Positions 1 to 13,080 of a DNA stretch of 64,000 nt are shown here, piece by piece (positions within the stretch are counted from its first letter, which is position 1; each line of letters opens with the position of its first letter). Position numbers and translations under genes: made by a program. The notes below the pieces were generated by a model, which saw only the letters and a list, made by a program, of their open reading frames with translations, was not told the DNA's origin and ran no database searches. Source of the stretch: Callorhinchus milii (taxonomy: Eukaryota); NCBI RefSeq assembly GCF_018977255.1, contig NW_024704743.1:25980001-26044000 (forward strand), given 5' to 3'.

Positions 1-729
1 TGTTCTGCACTGTCGCAGCACTTTGGGACATCCTCCTGACATAAAAGACCTAAATAAAATTTGTTATTGTTGTTCTAACAACAGACTACTAACAACTGCT
101 ACAGTTGTCCTGATATACAGAACCAACCAGGATCACAACATCCATATTCCCTAAGGATCTGCTTCCTTTCTCATCTGTGAGCAAAATCCTAGCAAAAACT
201 CCTGGCCTCCTGTCCTAGAATTCGTCCACCCAGAACAAATTTGTTACTAAACGGGAATTCTTAAGGAAACGGCGACTTACTCAACCAAACCTGGTCCTCT
301 CCAATGTAACACAGAAATCCTTTGACCTGCTAGGTTGGAGAATTTGTTATAGCGCCTTATCAGGTCTTCAAGACATCTCAAAGCACGTCACAGAATATAC
401 TGTAAAATGAATTCACTGCATATTTTGTGGGAGAAATATTTCCAGTGCCCAAGCAATACATTCAGATAACGGCTTAAAATCCTGTACCCCTACCCGATCT
501 TCGCAGTGATCACCAACTGCTTGATCTTTCCTGCATTATCCCCTGCTCAATAAGGGACCACAGATGAGGCTGAGTTTGTGTGGCCTAACTGTTAATGCCT
601 GGAAGCTAGAAAATATTTGCTTCTTTCTTGTCATAAATCTGTTTTTAAAATTTAGGGCTGAGAAACAGGCACTCTTCCTGTGGGGGCAGTGAGGATGTGA
701 AGATGGTCTCTCTAGTTGTCTTCTTCCCA

Positions 730-1640
730 CTGTGATGAAGTACAGAGCATGGTTGAAGTGTGCAAATCGTGCTGCTACGTCCCACTTGCTAATAATTGTA
801 GAAGCTCAAAGTAAATCCAATTTGCTGGATCAGATTTCCTCTATAGGCAATCTGCCAGCGATGGCAAGAGATCTTACAGCTGCAACTAAAAAAAGGCGCA
901 GAACTGTTAAAGGTGTTACAACATACTGTGCCTGGCTGGCCTCAAAACGTCCCTCATGATAACTTAAAGCCAGATTTTGATGGACAACTAGAAATGTCTC
1001 CTGAACTGGATTGTATTCTGGGGGGATTATGTCTGATAATTCCTCAGGCTCTTTGTATCTCAGCTACATGAATAACGTTCTGGCATGATTTGAAATAAAA
1101 AAATAGTTAGCTGGAAGCTGCTTTTAGGTGCCTGAACTAGACGAGGATATTGAAGCCTGTGTAAACAGCTGCCAAATGTGTCAGTCAAACAGAAACACTC
1201 TTGCTGTTGTTCTGCTCCATCCATAGAATTGAGCAGGAACCTATGGAAGAAATTTCCTATTAATTTTGCTGAACACAATGGACAGATGTATTTTGTTTTT
1301 GCTAATGCTTACTCCAGATGCATTTTTTTTTTTAAAAATCCCTGCATTTGATAATAGCGCCTTTTACATCAGGAAGCACTTCAAAGCATTTCACACAGGC
1401 TATTACTGTAAAGTGTAGTGACTATGTGTTGTGTAGGGATGCTTACTCTAAATGCATGTTACTCCAGGTGCACGCCTGCTCCATGTTGGCAGTGTCCTCA
1501 ACTCCTACTCCAGCAGCTGATGATGTGTTAGAACCATGCATGGTTCCTATAGCTTTATCTAGAAGAACTTGGGTTTAGTCAAAACTGATCAATGTACCAG
1601 AGTAACCCTTTGTGATTAGTTTATAATGGGATGGCCTATA
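730..1640 (+). mobile_element. Degraded Ty3/Gypsy-type LTR retrotransposon pol remnant (RNase H end to integrase), interrupted by a SINE tail at ~1340-1420
   Basis: Decayed motifs: ANRAATSHL (cf. ANADALSRL), GWP, VPELDEDIEACVNSCQMCQ (integrase Zn-binding CxxC region), PWKKFPINFAEHNGQMYFVFANAYSR (cf. PW.RIH.DFA...G..FL..VDAYSKW); many stops. Confidence 0.6.
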
Positions 1641-2079
1641 ATAAACACACGCTCATTACATTTAGCAATTGACATATGAAAGATTGTGTTTGTTCAGATA
1701 CAAATTTAAATTTCAATCACCTCCGGAACTTCCTGCCTCAAACCCACCATTTTGCCCCCTCTTTGCTTGTGTTCAGACTTTTCCCCTCGACTGTGCCCAA
1801 GGTCATCTCAGCATCAAACTACACCATTGTCAAGCACTCTGACGCCACCTGAGTGATGCACGTTATATAAATGCAACTTATTGTTGTTATTCAATTGAAA
1901 TCTGAGGAATTTCAGAAAACTCTAAGATGAATAGTTTAAAACTCACAAAATAAATATGCCTTTACAATGTCCCGCTTTTAAATCTGTGATTGAACTATTC
2001 ATTCAGATAGTAAAGCAGCCCTCCACAAGTCTTGATTGCTGGAAAAAGTTGTCAGAAAATTGTCAGGGATTCCTTCACC

Positions 2080-4845
2080 TTAGGACATCCTCCCGAAGTC
2101 CTTCTCAAGGACACCACTTGCCCTATCCCCCTACTCCTTTGGCTCTTTCCCTTCTTTCGAGCACCTCACCCTCTCCCACCCCTCCTTCCTCTCACTCAAA
2201 ATCCTCTTCCTCTACCGGCCCCCTAAATCCTCTCCCACCTTCATCTCCGATATTTCGACACTTCTTACATCTCTCTGCCTCTGCTCTGATCGCCTCATCA
2301 TCCTGGGCGACTTCAACCTGCACTTCACCCCCTCCTGCTCCATCTCCTCAGACTTCTCTTCCCTGCTCTCCTCGCTCAACCTCTCCCTCCACATCAACTC
2401 CCCCACTCACAGTCACGGCCACCCACTCGACTTGGTGATCACCCGGGGCCTCAGTGTCTCGGATGTCACTATCACCGACAAGGCCGTCTCCGATCACCAC
2501 TTCATCTCCTTCACCACCTCCACCCCCCTCCCCACCTCCACCAGACCCACCACCATCTTCTACCGCCCCTGGAAGAAGTTACCCCCACAATCCCTAACCG
2601 CTGCCTTGGAGTCCTCTGAACTCCTCTCCCTCTGGCCTTCAACCCTCACTGACCCCTCTTCTCCTCTCACCCTCCTCCACAACACCCTCTCCTCCACACT
2701 CGACACTCTTGCCCCCATCACCTCCCGTACTGTCTCCTACTCTCGCTCCTCCCCCTGGTTCACCACCCACCTCCGCTCACTGAAGAGCCAGGTGCGGGCC
2801 GCTGAACGCACCTGCGTCAAATCTGGCCTAACGGTCCACCGACAAATCTGGCTGGACCTCCTCAAAATCTACCGCTCCACTCTAGCCTCGGCCAAGTCGT
2901 CCTTCTACTCCAGGATAATCCTGGAGGCGAAGAACAACCCCAGGCTACTGTTTTCTACCACATCCCGACTCCTCCGTCCCCCCAGCCACCCCGTGCAGGT
3001 CATCTCCTCCAACCTTCACTGCGAGGAGATGCTGGATTTCCTTGAATCCAAAATCAAGGGAATTCGCTCCGCGGTCACTTCCCCTCCAACATCCACCCAC
3101 CCACCCCCCATCCCCTCCCTCCCACACTCCGACTCCTACCCATCCTTCCCTACACACTTTCGTACCCGTTTCCCCACCCTCTGTCACCAACTGCCCCCTT
3201 GACCCCATCCCCACGCCACTCCTTATCTCCCAGCTCCACTTCCTTGCCCCACATATCACAGACATCGTCAACCTGTCCCTCTCCTCTGGCTCTGTTCCCA
3301 TTCCCTTAAAAACTGCCACCATCACTCCCACCTTGAAAAAACCCTCCCTTGATGCGTCGCAGCTATCAAGCTACCGGCCCATCTCCAACCTCCCCTTCCT
3401 GTCCAAGGTCCTTGAACGAGTTGTCGCCTCCCAGCTGCGCTCTTTCCTCTCCACCCATTCATTATTCGAACCCCTTCAGTCGGGTTTCCGTGCTGCCCAT
3501 AGCACAGAAACTGCCCTGGTCAAGGTCACCAATGACATCCTGACCATCTGTGACCAGGGCTCCCTCTGCCTCCTCGTCCTCCTCGACCTATCGGCAGCAT
3601 TCGATACGGTCGACCATGCTATCCTCCTCCACCGCTTGTCCTCCCACCTCAACCTTCAAGGCCCTGTCCTTGAGTGGTTTAGGTCGTACCTCTCCCACCG
3701 TCTTCACTTTGTTTCCACGAACGGCTTTTCCTCCAGCCCCCGCACACGTGCGGTGTCCCTCAGGGCTCTGTCCTCGGTCCCCTCCTCTTCACCCTCTATA
3801 TGCTCCCCCTTGGTGACATTATCCGCAGACATGGGGTTAACTTCCACATGTATGCGGATGACACCCAACTCTACCTTTCCTCCTCTACCCTCAACTCCAC
3901 GACCACCGATGTCCTGACAGCTGCCTGTCTGACATCGAGTCCTGGACGAGAGACAACTTTCTTCAGCTCAACGTGCGTAAAACTGAGGCCCTCCTGATTG
4001 GCTCACGTCAGCGCCTCCGCACCTCAGGCGCTGACAGCATCAGCATCCAAGGCTGCACTCTCCACCTCTCAAAGCCAGTCAGGAACCTCGGGTTCTGTTC
4101 GACCCTGAGCTGTCCTTTCTCCCTCATATCCGCGCCACAACTGGCACCGCCTTCCATCACCTCCGGAATATCGCCAGACTACGGCACTACCTCACCCCTC
4201 ACGCTGCTGAAACTCTGGTCCACGCCTTTATCACCTCAAGGCTGGACTATGGGAACTCTCTCCTCGCCGGCCTTCCCGGCACCTCCCTCCACAAGCTGCA
4301 GGTCATTCAGAACTCTGCAGCTCGTGTACTGTCCCGCACCAGGCTTCGCGACCACATCACTCCCACCCTCGCTCGCCTCCACTGGCTCCCCAACCCCCAG
4401 AGGATCGAATTCAAGATCCTCATCCTCACCTACAAGGCCATTCACGGCCTTGCTCCCTCCTACCTCTCTGACCTACTATCCCCCTACCTACCTGCCCGTA
4501 CCCTCCGTTCCTCTGGCTCCGGTCTACTCCACATCCCCCGCCCCAACCGCCCTACCATCGGTGGCCGGGCCTTCAGCCTCTCAGCCCCGAGGCTCTGGAA
4601 CTCCATCCCCCAGTGCCTTCGCCGCTTCCTCCCTTTCCTCCTTCAAGGCCGGTCTCAAGACCTTTCTCTTTGACCGTGCCTTCAGCTCCCCTCTCGACTC
4701 TCTACCCCCTCCTCGCTCCCTCCCTTCCCTCCCCTCACCCTGACCATTTCCCCCCAATGCTCGGGTCCTGACCCAACTGTACAGCGCCTTGGGACGTCCT
4801 CCCAACGTGAAAGGCGCTCTATAAATGGAATCTTGTGGTTGTTGA
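2080..4845 (+). mobile_element. 5'-truncated L2-clade LINE with APE endonuclease C-terminus and reverse transcriptase, several frameshifts
   Basis: YRPP, LGDFN, SDH (APE); [43 protein letters not shown] region, YADD (RT); HITP.L..LHWLP C-terminus; 3' UTR ending in GTT repeats. Confidence 0.92.
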
Positions 4846-4989
4846 AGTGAAAGGCTCTATCCAAATGTAATTTGTTGTTGTTGTTGAAAAGCTTCCCAAC
4901 ATAGCTATGAAGAACAATAAGATAAGAGAGAGCTCTTCAGTCTTGAAAAGAGACATCTCAGAACGTACCCAATATATGTAATAAAATAT

Positions 4990-5416
4990 GATTAAGAATC
5001 CTTGCATTTGACATAGCACCTTTAACATCGGGAAGACGTCCCAAAGCGCCTCACAGGATTTATTGTGAAGTGGAGTTACTGTATTTTTTCTAGGCGAACG
5101 CAGCAGCCCAATTGCACACAGCAATGTCCCACAAACAGCCATGAAATGAACAACCATTTTTATTTGGGGCATTGACGGCCAAAACACTGGTAGAAACTCC
5201 CTTCTCCTTTCAAATAGTGCCATGAGATCTTTAAAGTTCATCTGAACAGGCTGACAGGACATCGGTTTAACATCTCATTAAAAGAACAGCACTTCTGATA
5301 ATGCAACTCCCACCAGGACTGCATTAGAGCTTAGACTATCTGAGTTCAAGTCCCAATGTGGGACCCATAACCGTTTACTCCGAGGTAAGAGCGCAACTAC
5401 TAAGCCAGGCTGACAC
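4990..5416 (-). mobile_element. tRNA-derived SINE family B (Deu-domain-like body, L2-type tail)
   Basis: Reverse complement of the body gatgttaaaccga.gtcctg..tcag.tg.ac.taaagatc.catggcactatttgaaa..agaagggagtt. Other copies at ~19705-20010(-), 22500-22875(-), 25398-25645(+), 30350-30830(-), 36143-36565(+), 39508-39870(-), 40120-40525(+), 45124-45530(+), 54419-54860(+). Confidence 0.75.
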
Positions 5417-5919
5417 TTCTGAATATAAAATAGGATGTTAAATGGGACTGAGAAAGCAAATCCCGAACATTATATCTAAGTACACAAAGCAAACAGGACA
5501 AGAGAGCACAGGTTCAGGATTCTAAAGGGCAACAACATGAGGAAGTATTTATTTCCCAGTAGTACAGTTTTCCACAAAACCAGCAACCCCACCAAAAGGA
5601 GCTTAGTGTTCTGGTCTGGCCCATAGCAAAATAGCAATTTCTCTTCTGCTTCATATCTAACATTCTGGCCCTTTTTACTTCCAGAATGTATTTAATGCAG
5701 TTACGTCTTTACTCCTTTTTGCCTCAAACCAGCCTGTATTATCTTTTGAAAAGGGTCTCTCTAAGCTACAAGAAATGTGTGCATTATACACTTGGTGGTA
5801 TGTCCCACTGCTAGGCACGCAGAACAACATTTATATAATGCCCTTCACGTGGTGTAGGGTCCCGGAACCCTAAGATAAGCATTAAGATAACAACAAAAAT
5901 CATAAAACTGATAATTTCA

Positions 5920-6790
5920 CAAGACCGCAAGTTTGCAAGATTGGTCTGGATGATGAAAGTCCTTCGGCCTATCCAGTGTCATCCTTCCAAAATACCCACC
6001 TTCCTGTACCCCTGTCACTGCATCAAACTGTTTTTCAGATGAACTGAGTGTCCTAAGTCGTCACCTTTCCTGGGAACCTGTTCCAGGTTTGATAACTCAG
6101 TGCAGGTTGGTAGGGAGTCAGCAGGTCAGCGAGTTAGGAGGGGGCAAGGCCATGGATGGCCTTAAAGGTGAGGATGAGGATCTTGAACTCGATCCTCTGG
6201 GGGATGGGGAGCCAGTGGAGTCGGGCGAGGGTGGGAGTGATGGTGTCACGGATTATTCAATTATTTATTAAATTGAATTATTCCCATGTTAAAAAAAAAC
6301 CTTCCTGGTGCCTATCCTGAAATTGTCACCATTTGCAACCCTGAACCTCTGCCGTCTTGTTCTGCTACCTTCGTGTATCTGAAAATATTGTTTTGGGTTC
6401 AGTTTCTCAATCCCATTTAAAATTGTACATACCTCTATAAGGTCACTTCAGAGTTATCTGTTGTGAAGGCTGTGAGAACCCTAGCTTGTCTAATTACAAC
6501 AAGATTCCATTTATAGAGCGCCTTTCACGTCGGGAGGACGTCCCAAGGCGCTGTCCCAATTACTACTTGTACCTTGTTCATCTTACATTGGAGATCATTC
6601 TCGTTGTTCTTCTCTGTTTCCTGAGTGTTTTCTTTATGTTGTGGTGACCAAGATTGTGTATTGTTCTTGGTCCAATCTGATCAGAGCATTATATAGCTTG
6701 AGCATGACTTCTGGGGATCTCAACTCAACTGATTGGTAATATAGACTTATGTGCATTGTTTATTGCTGCCTCCCTCTGATCAGCAATGAG
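5920..6790 (-). mobile_element. Degraded CR1 LINE 3' fragment with nested L2 pieces (~6100-6245, ~6495-6555)
   Basis: Antisense of CR1 C-terminal/3' UTR sequence similar to 11700-11840 and 12820-13080; the inserted segment is antisense to L2 4355-4500. Confidence 0.6.
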
Positions 6791-7130
6791 TCAACTAACA
6801 CTCCTAGGTCTCTGTCAGCTTCCCCCTTGGCAAGTTCTTTCCCATCCATTGAGTGCATGTGCTTCTATTGTTACATCCTATTCACAATATCTTGCATTTA
6901 CCTGTATTAATCTGTCATTTTCTCCCCTCCCCTTAACGAGTTTGGCTTTATCCTTCTACAGAGATACAGCTGCCCAAATGGTCATGATTCATGTGAGACC
7001 CCAGATGTTGCTATTAGGCTGTTCAGCACAAATGGGGGAAGAGGGAGAATCAAGCCTCAGTCTGCAGGGCTCAGTTTCACTACAGAATTTCACGGAGCCA
7101 CCAGGGAAGTGGGGTGTGCTATTGTAGTTT

Positions 7131-7462
7131 AATAATAATAATAATAATAATCCTTGCATTTGATATAGCACTTTTCATGTAGGGAGGACGTCCCAAAGCG
7201 CTTCACAGAACACACTGTAAAGTGAATTGACTGTATATTTTTTTGGGCGAACGCGGCAGCCAATTGCGCACAGCAATGTCCCACAAACAGTCGTAGATTG
7301 AAAATGACCAATTTATTATTGTTTTTTGTTTTGGAGGGATTATTATTAGGCTCTGTGTGGAGTAAGGAAACTTGCCCAAGGTTTCGCCCTGACCTGCCTG
7401 GAATTGAACTCAGGTCTCTCGCTTGCAAAGCGAGTGCTCTAACCACTGAGCTACAGGACTCC
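7131..7462 (-). mobile_element. tRNA(Ala-like)-headed SINE family A, full length
   Basis: Head GGAGTCCTGTAGCTCAGTGGTTAGAGCACTCGCTTTGCAAGCGAGAGACCTGAGTTCAATTCC (A and B boxes, TGC anticodon arm), CCTTGGGCAAGT body, L2-like 3' end, (TTA)n tail. Confidence 0.9.
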
Positions 7463-8234
7463 ACGATTTAAGTAAACTCTTCCAACTTCTTCCCCTCTCG
7501 GAACTGTTGCATCTTTGAACTGAGTTAAACTCACAAATCCCACCAGAATGATAGTGCCCTGCACGCAGGGGCAGGGTATACAGAGGGCACAATGAACCAA
7601 TAGCATTTAGGAAAACGAAACTTATCTTCACATTCAGTATTTCTCCTCTGATCGCCAGGCAGCACAACATGTATCTGACAGGAATTCCCGTTTTGGACAG
7701 AATCAGCAAATTAAATTACATTAATAACTATAGACCTACACTGGAGCATTAAATAGATAAACTGTGGATACTCTGCAATACTCTCTGTATGATACTCTTC
7801 CCTCTTTTGTTATTACATATTTCCATGTTATTGCACATTTCCACCTGATTTCAATCAAAAACTGTGATTGTGAATTATGTATAATATTACATTATAATAA
7901 CTAACACATGTTATTGAAAGATCATATGGCTTTTTTAAACTAACCATCCATCCCCAGTTTCTGCTCAGTTGCCAAAAAGTAAGGCATCACAAGCTACAGT
8001 ATTTTACAATTAATTTGATATGGAACATTAAGCTTTATAAAAAATTAAACATCAAACAAATGAAGTGTTAGTTTAAACACATCAGAGTTTGCCAAGTCCA
8101 TTCAGATCTTAGAATAACAGATGTAAAGCACTTTGTGCCACCTACAAAAGGGACATGATAATCCACGCTGCTGGGACTAGTGGAAAACAGCCGACCATCA
8201 TCTGCCATCTCCCTACCTCTCCGACCTCTTCACT

Positions 8235-9042
8235 CTTCACTTCATCCAGAACTCTGCCACCCACATTCTTACCCGCACCAAACTCCGCTCCCCGATTACC
8301 CCAGTCCTTGCCAGACTGCACTAACTGTCTGTCCCAGAGAGGATTGACATCAAGATACTCACTCTTGTCTTCAAATCCCTCCACTCCTCTGCACCCCCCC
8401 TAGCTCTCTGACCTCCTTTCTCCTCACAACTGTGCGCGTTGCCTTCGTTCCACCGGGTCTGGCCTCGTCCTTGTCCCCCGAATCCTCCACTCCACCACAG
8501 TGGCCGTGCCTTAAGCCACTACGCTCCAAGGCTCTGGAACTCCCTTCATCATTCCTTTCGCCTCACCCACACTCTTCCTATTTTCAGGTCTCGGCTAAAG
8601 ACCTTTCTTTTTGACCGGGCCTTTGGTTACTTTCCTCCCCCTCCCCCTGGCTCGACCCTGGGATCCGTTACTGTGAAACGCTCTGTGATGCCGTCCGGCG
8701 TGGAGGGAGCTATATAAATCCAAGTTGTTGTTGTTCGAATCCACCACCCAGTGCCTCTACTCCACTGGCACCGGCCTCCTGCTCGTCCTTTGCACCCTGC
8801 GGACCACCATCGGGGGTCACACCTTCAGCCACTACACCCTTAGGGCTCTCCCTCAATCCCTCTGCCTTGCACCCCCTCTCCCCTTCTTCAAGACCCGCCT
8901 GAAAACTTTTCTCTTCAACCGTACTTACGGCCACCTCCCCACACCCCACTGCAGTTCAGAGTCAGGCTTCGCCACTGTTAAGCGCTCTGAGATGCTACCC
9001 TGTGTGAATGGCGCTATATAAATGCAAGTTGTTGTTGTTGTT
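8235..9042 (+). mobile_element. Two tandem 3' L2 fragments
   Basis: Each resembles L2 4300-4845 and ends in tatataaat.caagttgttgttg (~8735 and ~9042). Confidence 0.8.
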
Positions 9043-9619
9043 GACCAGGGCAAAGATGCAGTGAAGAGAATGAGGAGATGTCCTTGAGCTATTTTTCATT
9101 ACGTTTAAGGATTTAGGGAGAGAGTAAAGAAAACTTATCACCAGGGAACCAAAGAGTTGGGTACTCCTCACAAACAAGGATAGTTATTTATGGACTGAAA
9201 TGAGCAGGTTTGATGGAATGAATGTCCTTTTACTTCTCCCACTCCTTCTTGACAAATTAACCTCAAGCACAATGCAAACTGTAAACTTCCCAAAGTAGAT
9301 CACCTGGATTAGGAGCCTCCTGAAGCTGAGGTGACTTCAGCAGGAACAAAAACAACTTGGTGACTACAACAATCCTGAGTGCTCTTAAACATCTCCAACT
9401 TGCGAGTTAAGAGTGACATTGATGAGGTCAGGGATCAAGCGTTTTTAGCTGGTTAGACTCCAGTAGTTAGGTCTTTTTAAAAACTTTCTAAAAGAATATT
9501 TTCAAAGCATTTTCCAAAATTCGTGTGCTACTAAATGTCAAGATAAGAAGGTTAGAAAGACATTCAATTATTATATATCACATCGCCAAAAGTTCGATCA
9601 AAACCCATTTACTGCTTTG

Positions 9620-9900
9620 GGGGTCAGCGAGGTGTCTGACACATCACCATGCTTAAGAGTATCCAAACTAGCTGAGATTTCCATGCATCCCACCTACTCG
9701 TGGAAATCCCAGAGATAGTTTGTTGGAATGGAATGTGCACTCTCTCCCTGGACGGACGCATCCCGCTTACCTAATTCCGGAAAGTATAAGGCACAGGTTG
9801 GCAAGAGCCAAGGCTTGGGGACCCCAGAGTCTATGTTGGGGTACTGCTGGAGTCTAACCAGCTAAACCTGCATAGCTTGCCATTGATATTGCTGTTATCC
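9620..9900 (-). repeat. Unclassified interspersed repeat family C
   Basis: Reverse complement of 17740-17995 and 31380-31650; further copies at ~35015-35215(-), 40741-41355(-), 41522-41742(+). Confidence 0.75.
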
Positions 9901-11074
9901 CCAAGAACCGCCCAGTCCCAGCTCGGTGGTAACACTGGCAACCTTGTGGGGCCAGTTCACTCACCTGATTCTCCACCAATTTGCCTGGAGTTGGCATTCG
10001 ACCCAATAAGAAAATAAATTATGTTGCGAAAAGCTTTTAAAAATGGCACGATTCATTTCTTTATGCCATACACGGTTGCTTTCTTTCATGTGTAAACTTA
10101 GTTACATCTAATACATTATAAAGTAGTAACTCAAAAGTACTTTTGAAGTTTTTTTAAAAAAGAAAGTGTTGTAATTCAATATGCTAAGTATCTCTGATCA
10201 CTCCAGGCTTTGTTTGGAAAACGCTATCATGTGTACAACACACAAGCTCCATTCTCCTGTAAAGACATTCCCACATAAAGCTGTGTGAGTTCTGTCATTC
10301 CTTTTATCTCTTATGAAGAACAGAGCCATAAATCCTTAATTACAGGCTGTAGGCTGACTTGAGAATGTTCCTGCTATGGCGCTAAAAAGATAGATGAGTT
10401 CCATGTCCCTTCAGGGAAATCAATGGTATTATAATTTTCGGAACAAATTGAACAGGGAATAATAGGTCTTTCCAGATAAGTTATTACTGGCTTTATGGTA
10501 TGAATTTATTGAAACAGAGCAAGACCCTAACACCGTATCACCGTATTAAATAAAAGTATATTAGCACATATTATCAACGTTTCCTTCTTGATGACAGATC
10601 TGCCTCATTGACTTTTCCTCCCCTTCTCCCACCATAACTTAAAAATTAGCCGCCTGCATTATTTATCCTATCACATCTCTCACTGCCTGCCAACCATAAC
10701 CAAATTGGAAAACCAGATGAGGCCTTGCTGCATGTTATTTATCCATTACGATAACAGCTGGCTCTGCGGATGCTTCCTAATTGTGATTGTGGGCTGTTTG
10801 CTGTGCCCAAACTGGTTGCCATGTTCACCTACAACTAATAATAGTCACTATGCCTCACGATGTCCCCTTGACATAAAATGCACAATATCAAATTCAAGCA
10901 TTATTGGTATTATATTATTAAGTGTGGTGCATTGCAGCTGGTGGTAGAGGTGGAGTGAAAATACTGTCATCTTCAATGAGACACAACTGGTTATAGATCA
11001 GTGATGGAGAGGGAGTGTATTCTGTTATCTTGGATTCCTGCTATTATGGCAACAAATTCTGAGGCTATAGCAAG

Positions 11075-11845
11075 AGATCATGGACATTTTTAGGTGACAG
11101 TCCAAATAACTGTGAGAAGCCATAGTATATCTAGCCTTCCAAAAAGTATTTGACAAAGTGTCACAAGAAAGACTGAATATCAAAGGCAAGACATGGATGT
11201 GGATTCAGAATTGGTTGAAGGGAAGGAAGCAAAGGGTTATTGTTAGGGGAGCTTGGTTAAGATGGGAAGAGCTACTAAGCTGGATGCCTCATGGGATTGT
11301 ACTGGGACCCCTCCTGTTCCTCGTATATATAATGATCTGGATTCTTTACACCCAATGTAAGATCGTTATATTTGCAGATAACACCACGTGGAGCGAAACC
11401 TTGGAATCAGAGGTAGCAGCAAAGGTCCTATGAAGAGAGCTTGATAAGGTATGCATACGGGCTGATAACTTCCAAATGACTTTTAATACAGATAAATGCA
11501 AGGTGCTACATTTAGGATCCAAAAATAGGAAGCGCAGGTAATCCATTGAAAAATAACGGGGAGGCTGAAAGAGATCTATGGGTGTTAGTCGTCTCGTCCA
11601 CTCACTATGTCAAAACACCTAACAGATAAGGCAGCAATAAGCAAAGCAAACAGGATGCTGGGCTATATTGCAAAATCAGTTGAGTTTAGATGCCCAGACA
11701 TTATTCTCAAGCTGTACTGTGCTCTTGTCAGTATTCCATCTGGAATACTGCATATAGCTCCAGTCACCACAACATAAGGCCCTGGAGGCAGTGCAGAGGA
11801 GAGCAATGAGGATGATCCCCAGGGTTAGAGGAATGAGCTATGAGC
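11075..11845 (+). mobile_element. Degraded CR1 LINE RT fragment
   Basis: FQKVFDKV, WIQNWLKGRKQRV, VLGPLLF, FADNT, KCKVLHLG, ANRMLG motifs with stops and frameshifts; its 3' end resumes at ~12820-13080. Confidence 0.85.
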
Positions 11846-12174
11846 AGGACCAATAGAAAAGTGCAGACATTTTTTCAGAAAATTGCGGAGAGCTTTACAA
11901 ATCTTGCAGGGGATGGCTGAGGGCTTTGCTAAATTTTGCGGGGGAGATTGCGGGAAAATTGCGGGGGTTATTGGTGCTGTTGAGGTACATTTTACTGCTG
12001 CATTTTTTCACTTTACTGATTAAAAACTAAACATAAGGAAATAACATATTACATTATTGCAAAAAAAATTATTAATTGCTTCTTTAACGAAAACTGGGTG
12101 GCCTTTGTTTGAGGGGGGGAACGACACCAGGGAGGCTGCAGGAGCTTACCACCTCCTGCTTGTCAGGGCCAGCA

Positions 12175-12776
12175 CCACACACAAACAGAGAACCAGAGGG
12201 AGAGACATGCACTCAGAGACCCAGAGAGAGACACACACTCACAGACACAGGAAGAGACACACCACTCACAGACACAGGGAGAGAGAGACACTCACAGACA
12301 GAGACACAGACTCACAGACAGACACACACTCACAGACAGAAACACACACAGACAGTCACACACAGACAAAGGCACACACTCACAGACAGAGAGAGACACA
12401 CACACAGAGACACACATACATACACAGAAGCTCACAGAACCAGAGAGACACATTCTCAGAGAGAGAGAGACACACACACATAGACACAAAAAGAGAGAGA
12501 CACGCACTCACAGACAGAGACACACATATTCAGAGACACACACAGAGAGACACACACACATTCGTAGACCCAAAGGGACACACACATAAACAGAGAGAGA
12601 GACACACGCACTCACTAACAGAGACACACCCACAGACGCACACACACCTTCATAGACTCAAAGAGACACAGAGAGAGAGAGAGACACACACAGTCACAGA
12701 CAGAGACACACACACACAGATACAGAGAGACACACACATCCACATACACAGACATACACGCACTCACAGACACACA
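12175..12776. repeat. Compound (CA)n/(GA)n low-complexity microsatellite
   Basis: About 600 bp of acacac/agagag/cagaca units. Confidence 0.95.
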
Positions 12777-12819
12777 TTTGAAATGGGATTGAAAAAGTAA
12801 ACCCACATCAATATTTCAA

Positions 12820-13080
12820 GATGTACTAAGACAGGAGAATACGGCGACAGAGGTTCTGAGTTGTAAAGGACTATTTCAGGACAGATACCAGGAAGTTTTT
12901 CTTTATGTAGAGGGTAATCAATGACTCAGATTGCCAGGAAAGGTGGTAGAGTTCAGGACACTAGACTTAAAAAGCAGCTCGGTGCAGTAATGGCAGGATG
13001 ATAGGCTGAATGTTCTGGAGGGATGAGATTGGATGGGCCGAAGAGCCTTTTTCATCCAGACCAATCTTGTGATCTTGTAA
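12820..13080 (+). mobile_element. CR1 LINE 3' end
   Basis: aggaagtttttcttt..agagggtaatcaatg..ttgccaggaaaggtggtaga..gatgggccgaagagcc..tcttgtgatcttgt, typical of a CR1 C-terminus and 3' UTR. Confidence 0.7.

Noticed and set aside
1956..4864. Long Pro/Ser-rich ORFs as host genes
   Set aside because: They are in-frame, off-frame or antisense translations of a C-rich L2 LINE.
7400..7462. tRNA-Ala genes at SINE heads (also 16480, 40920, 53643, 59803)
   Set aside because: No complete acceptor stem or Pol III terminator; each continues into a SINE body and tail.
12057..12806. 247-aa His/Thr/Arg-rich ORF and overlapping ORFs
   Set aside because: They are translations of a CA/GA microsatellite.
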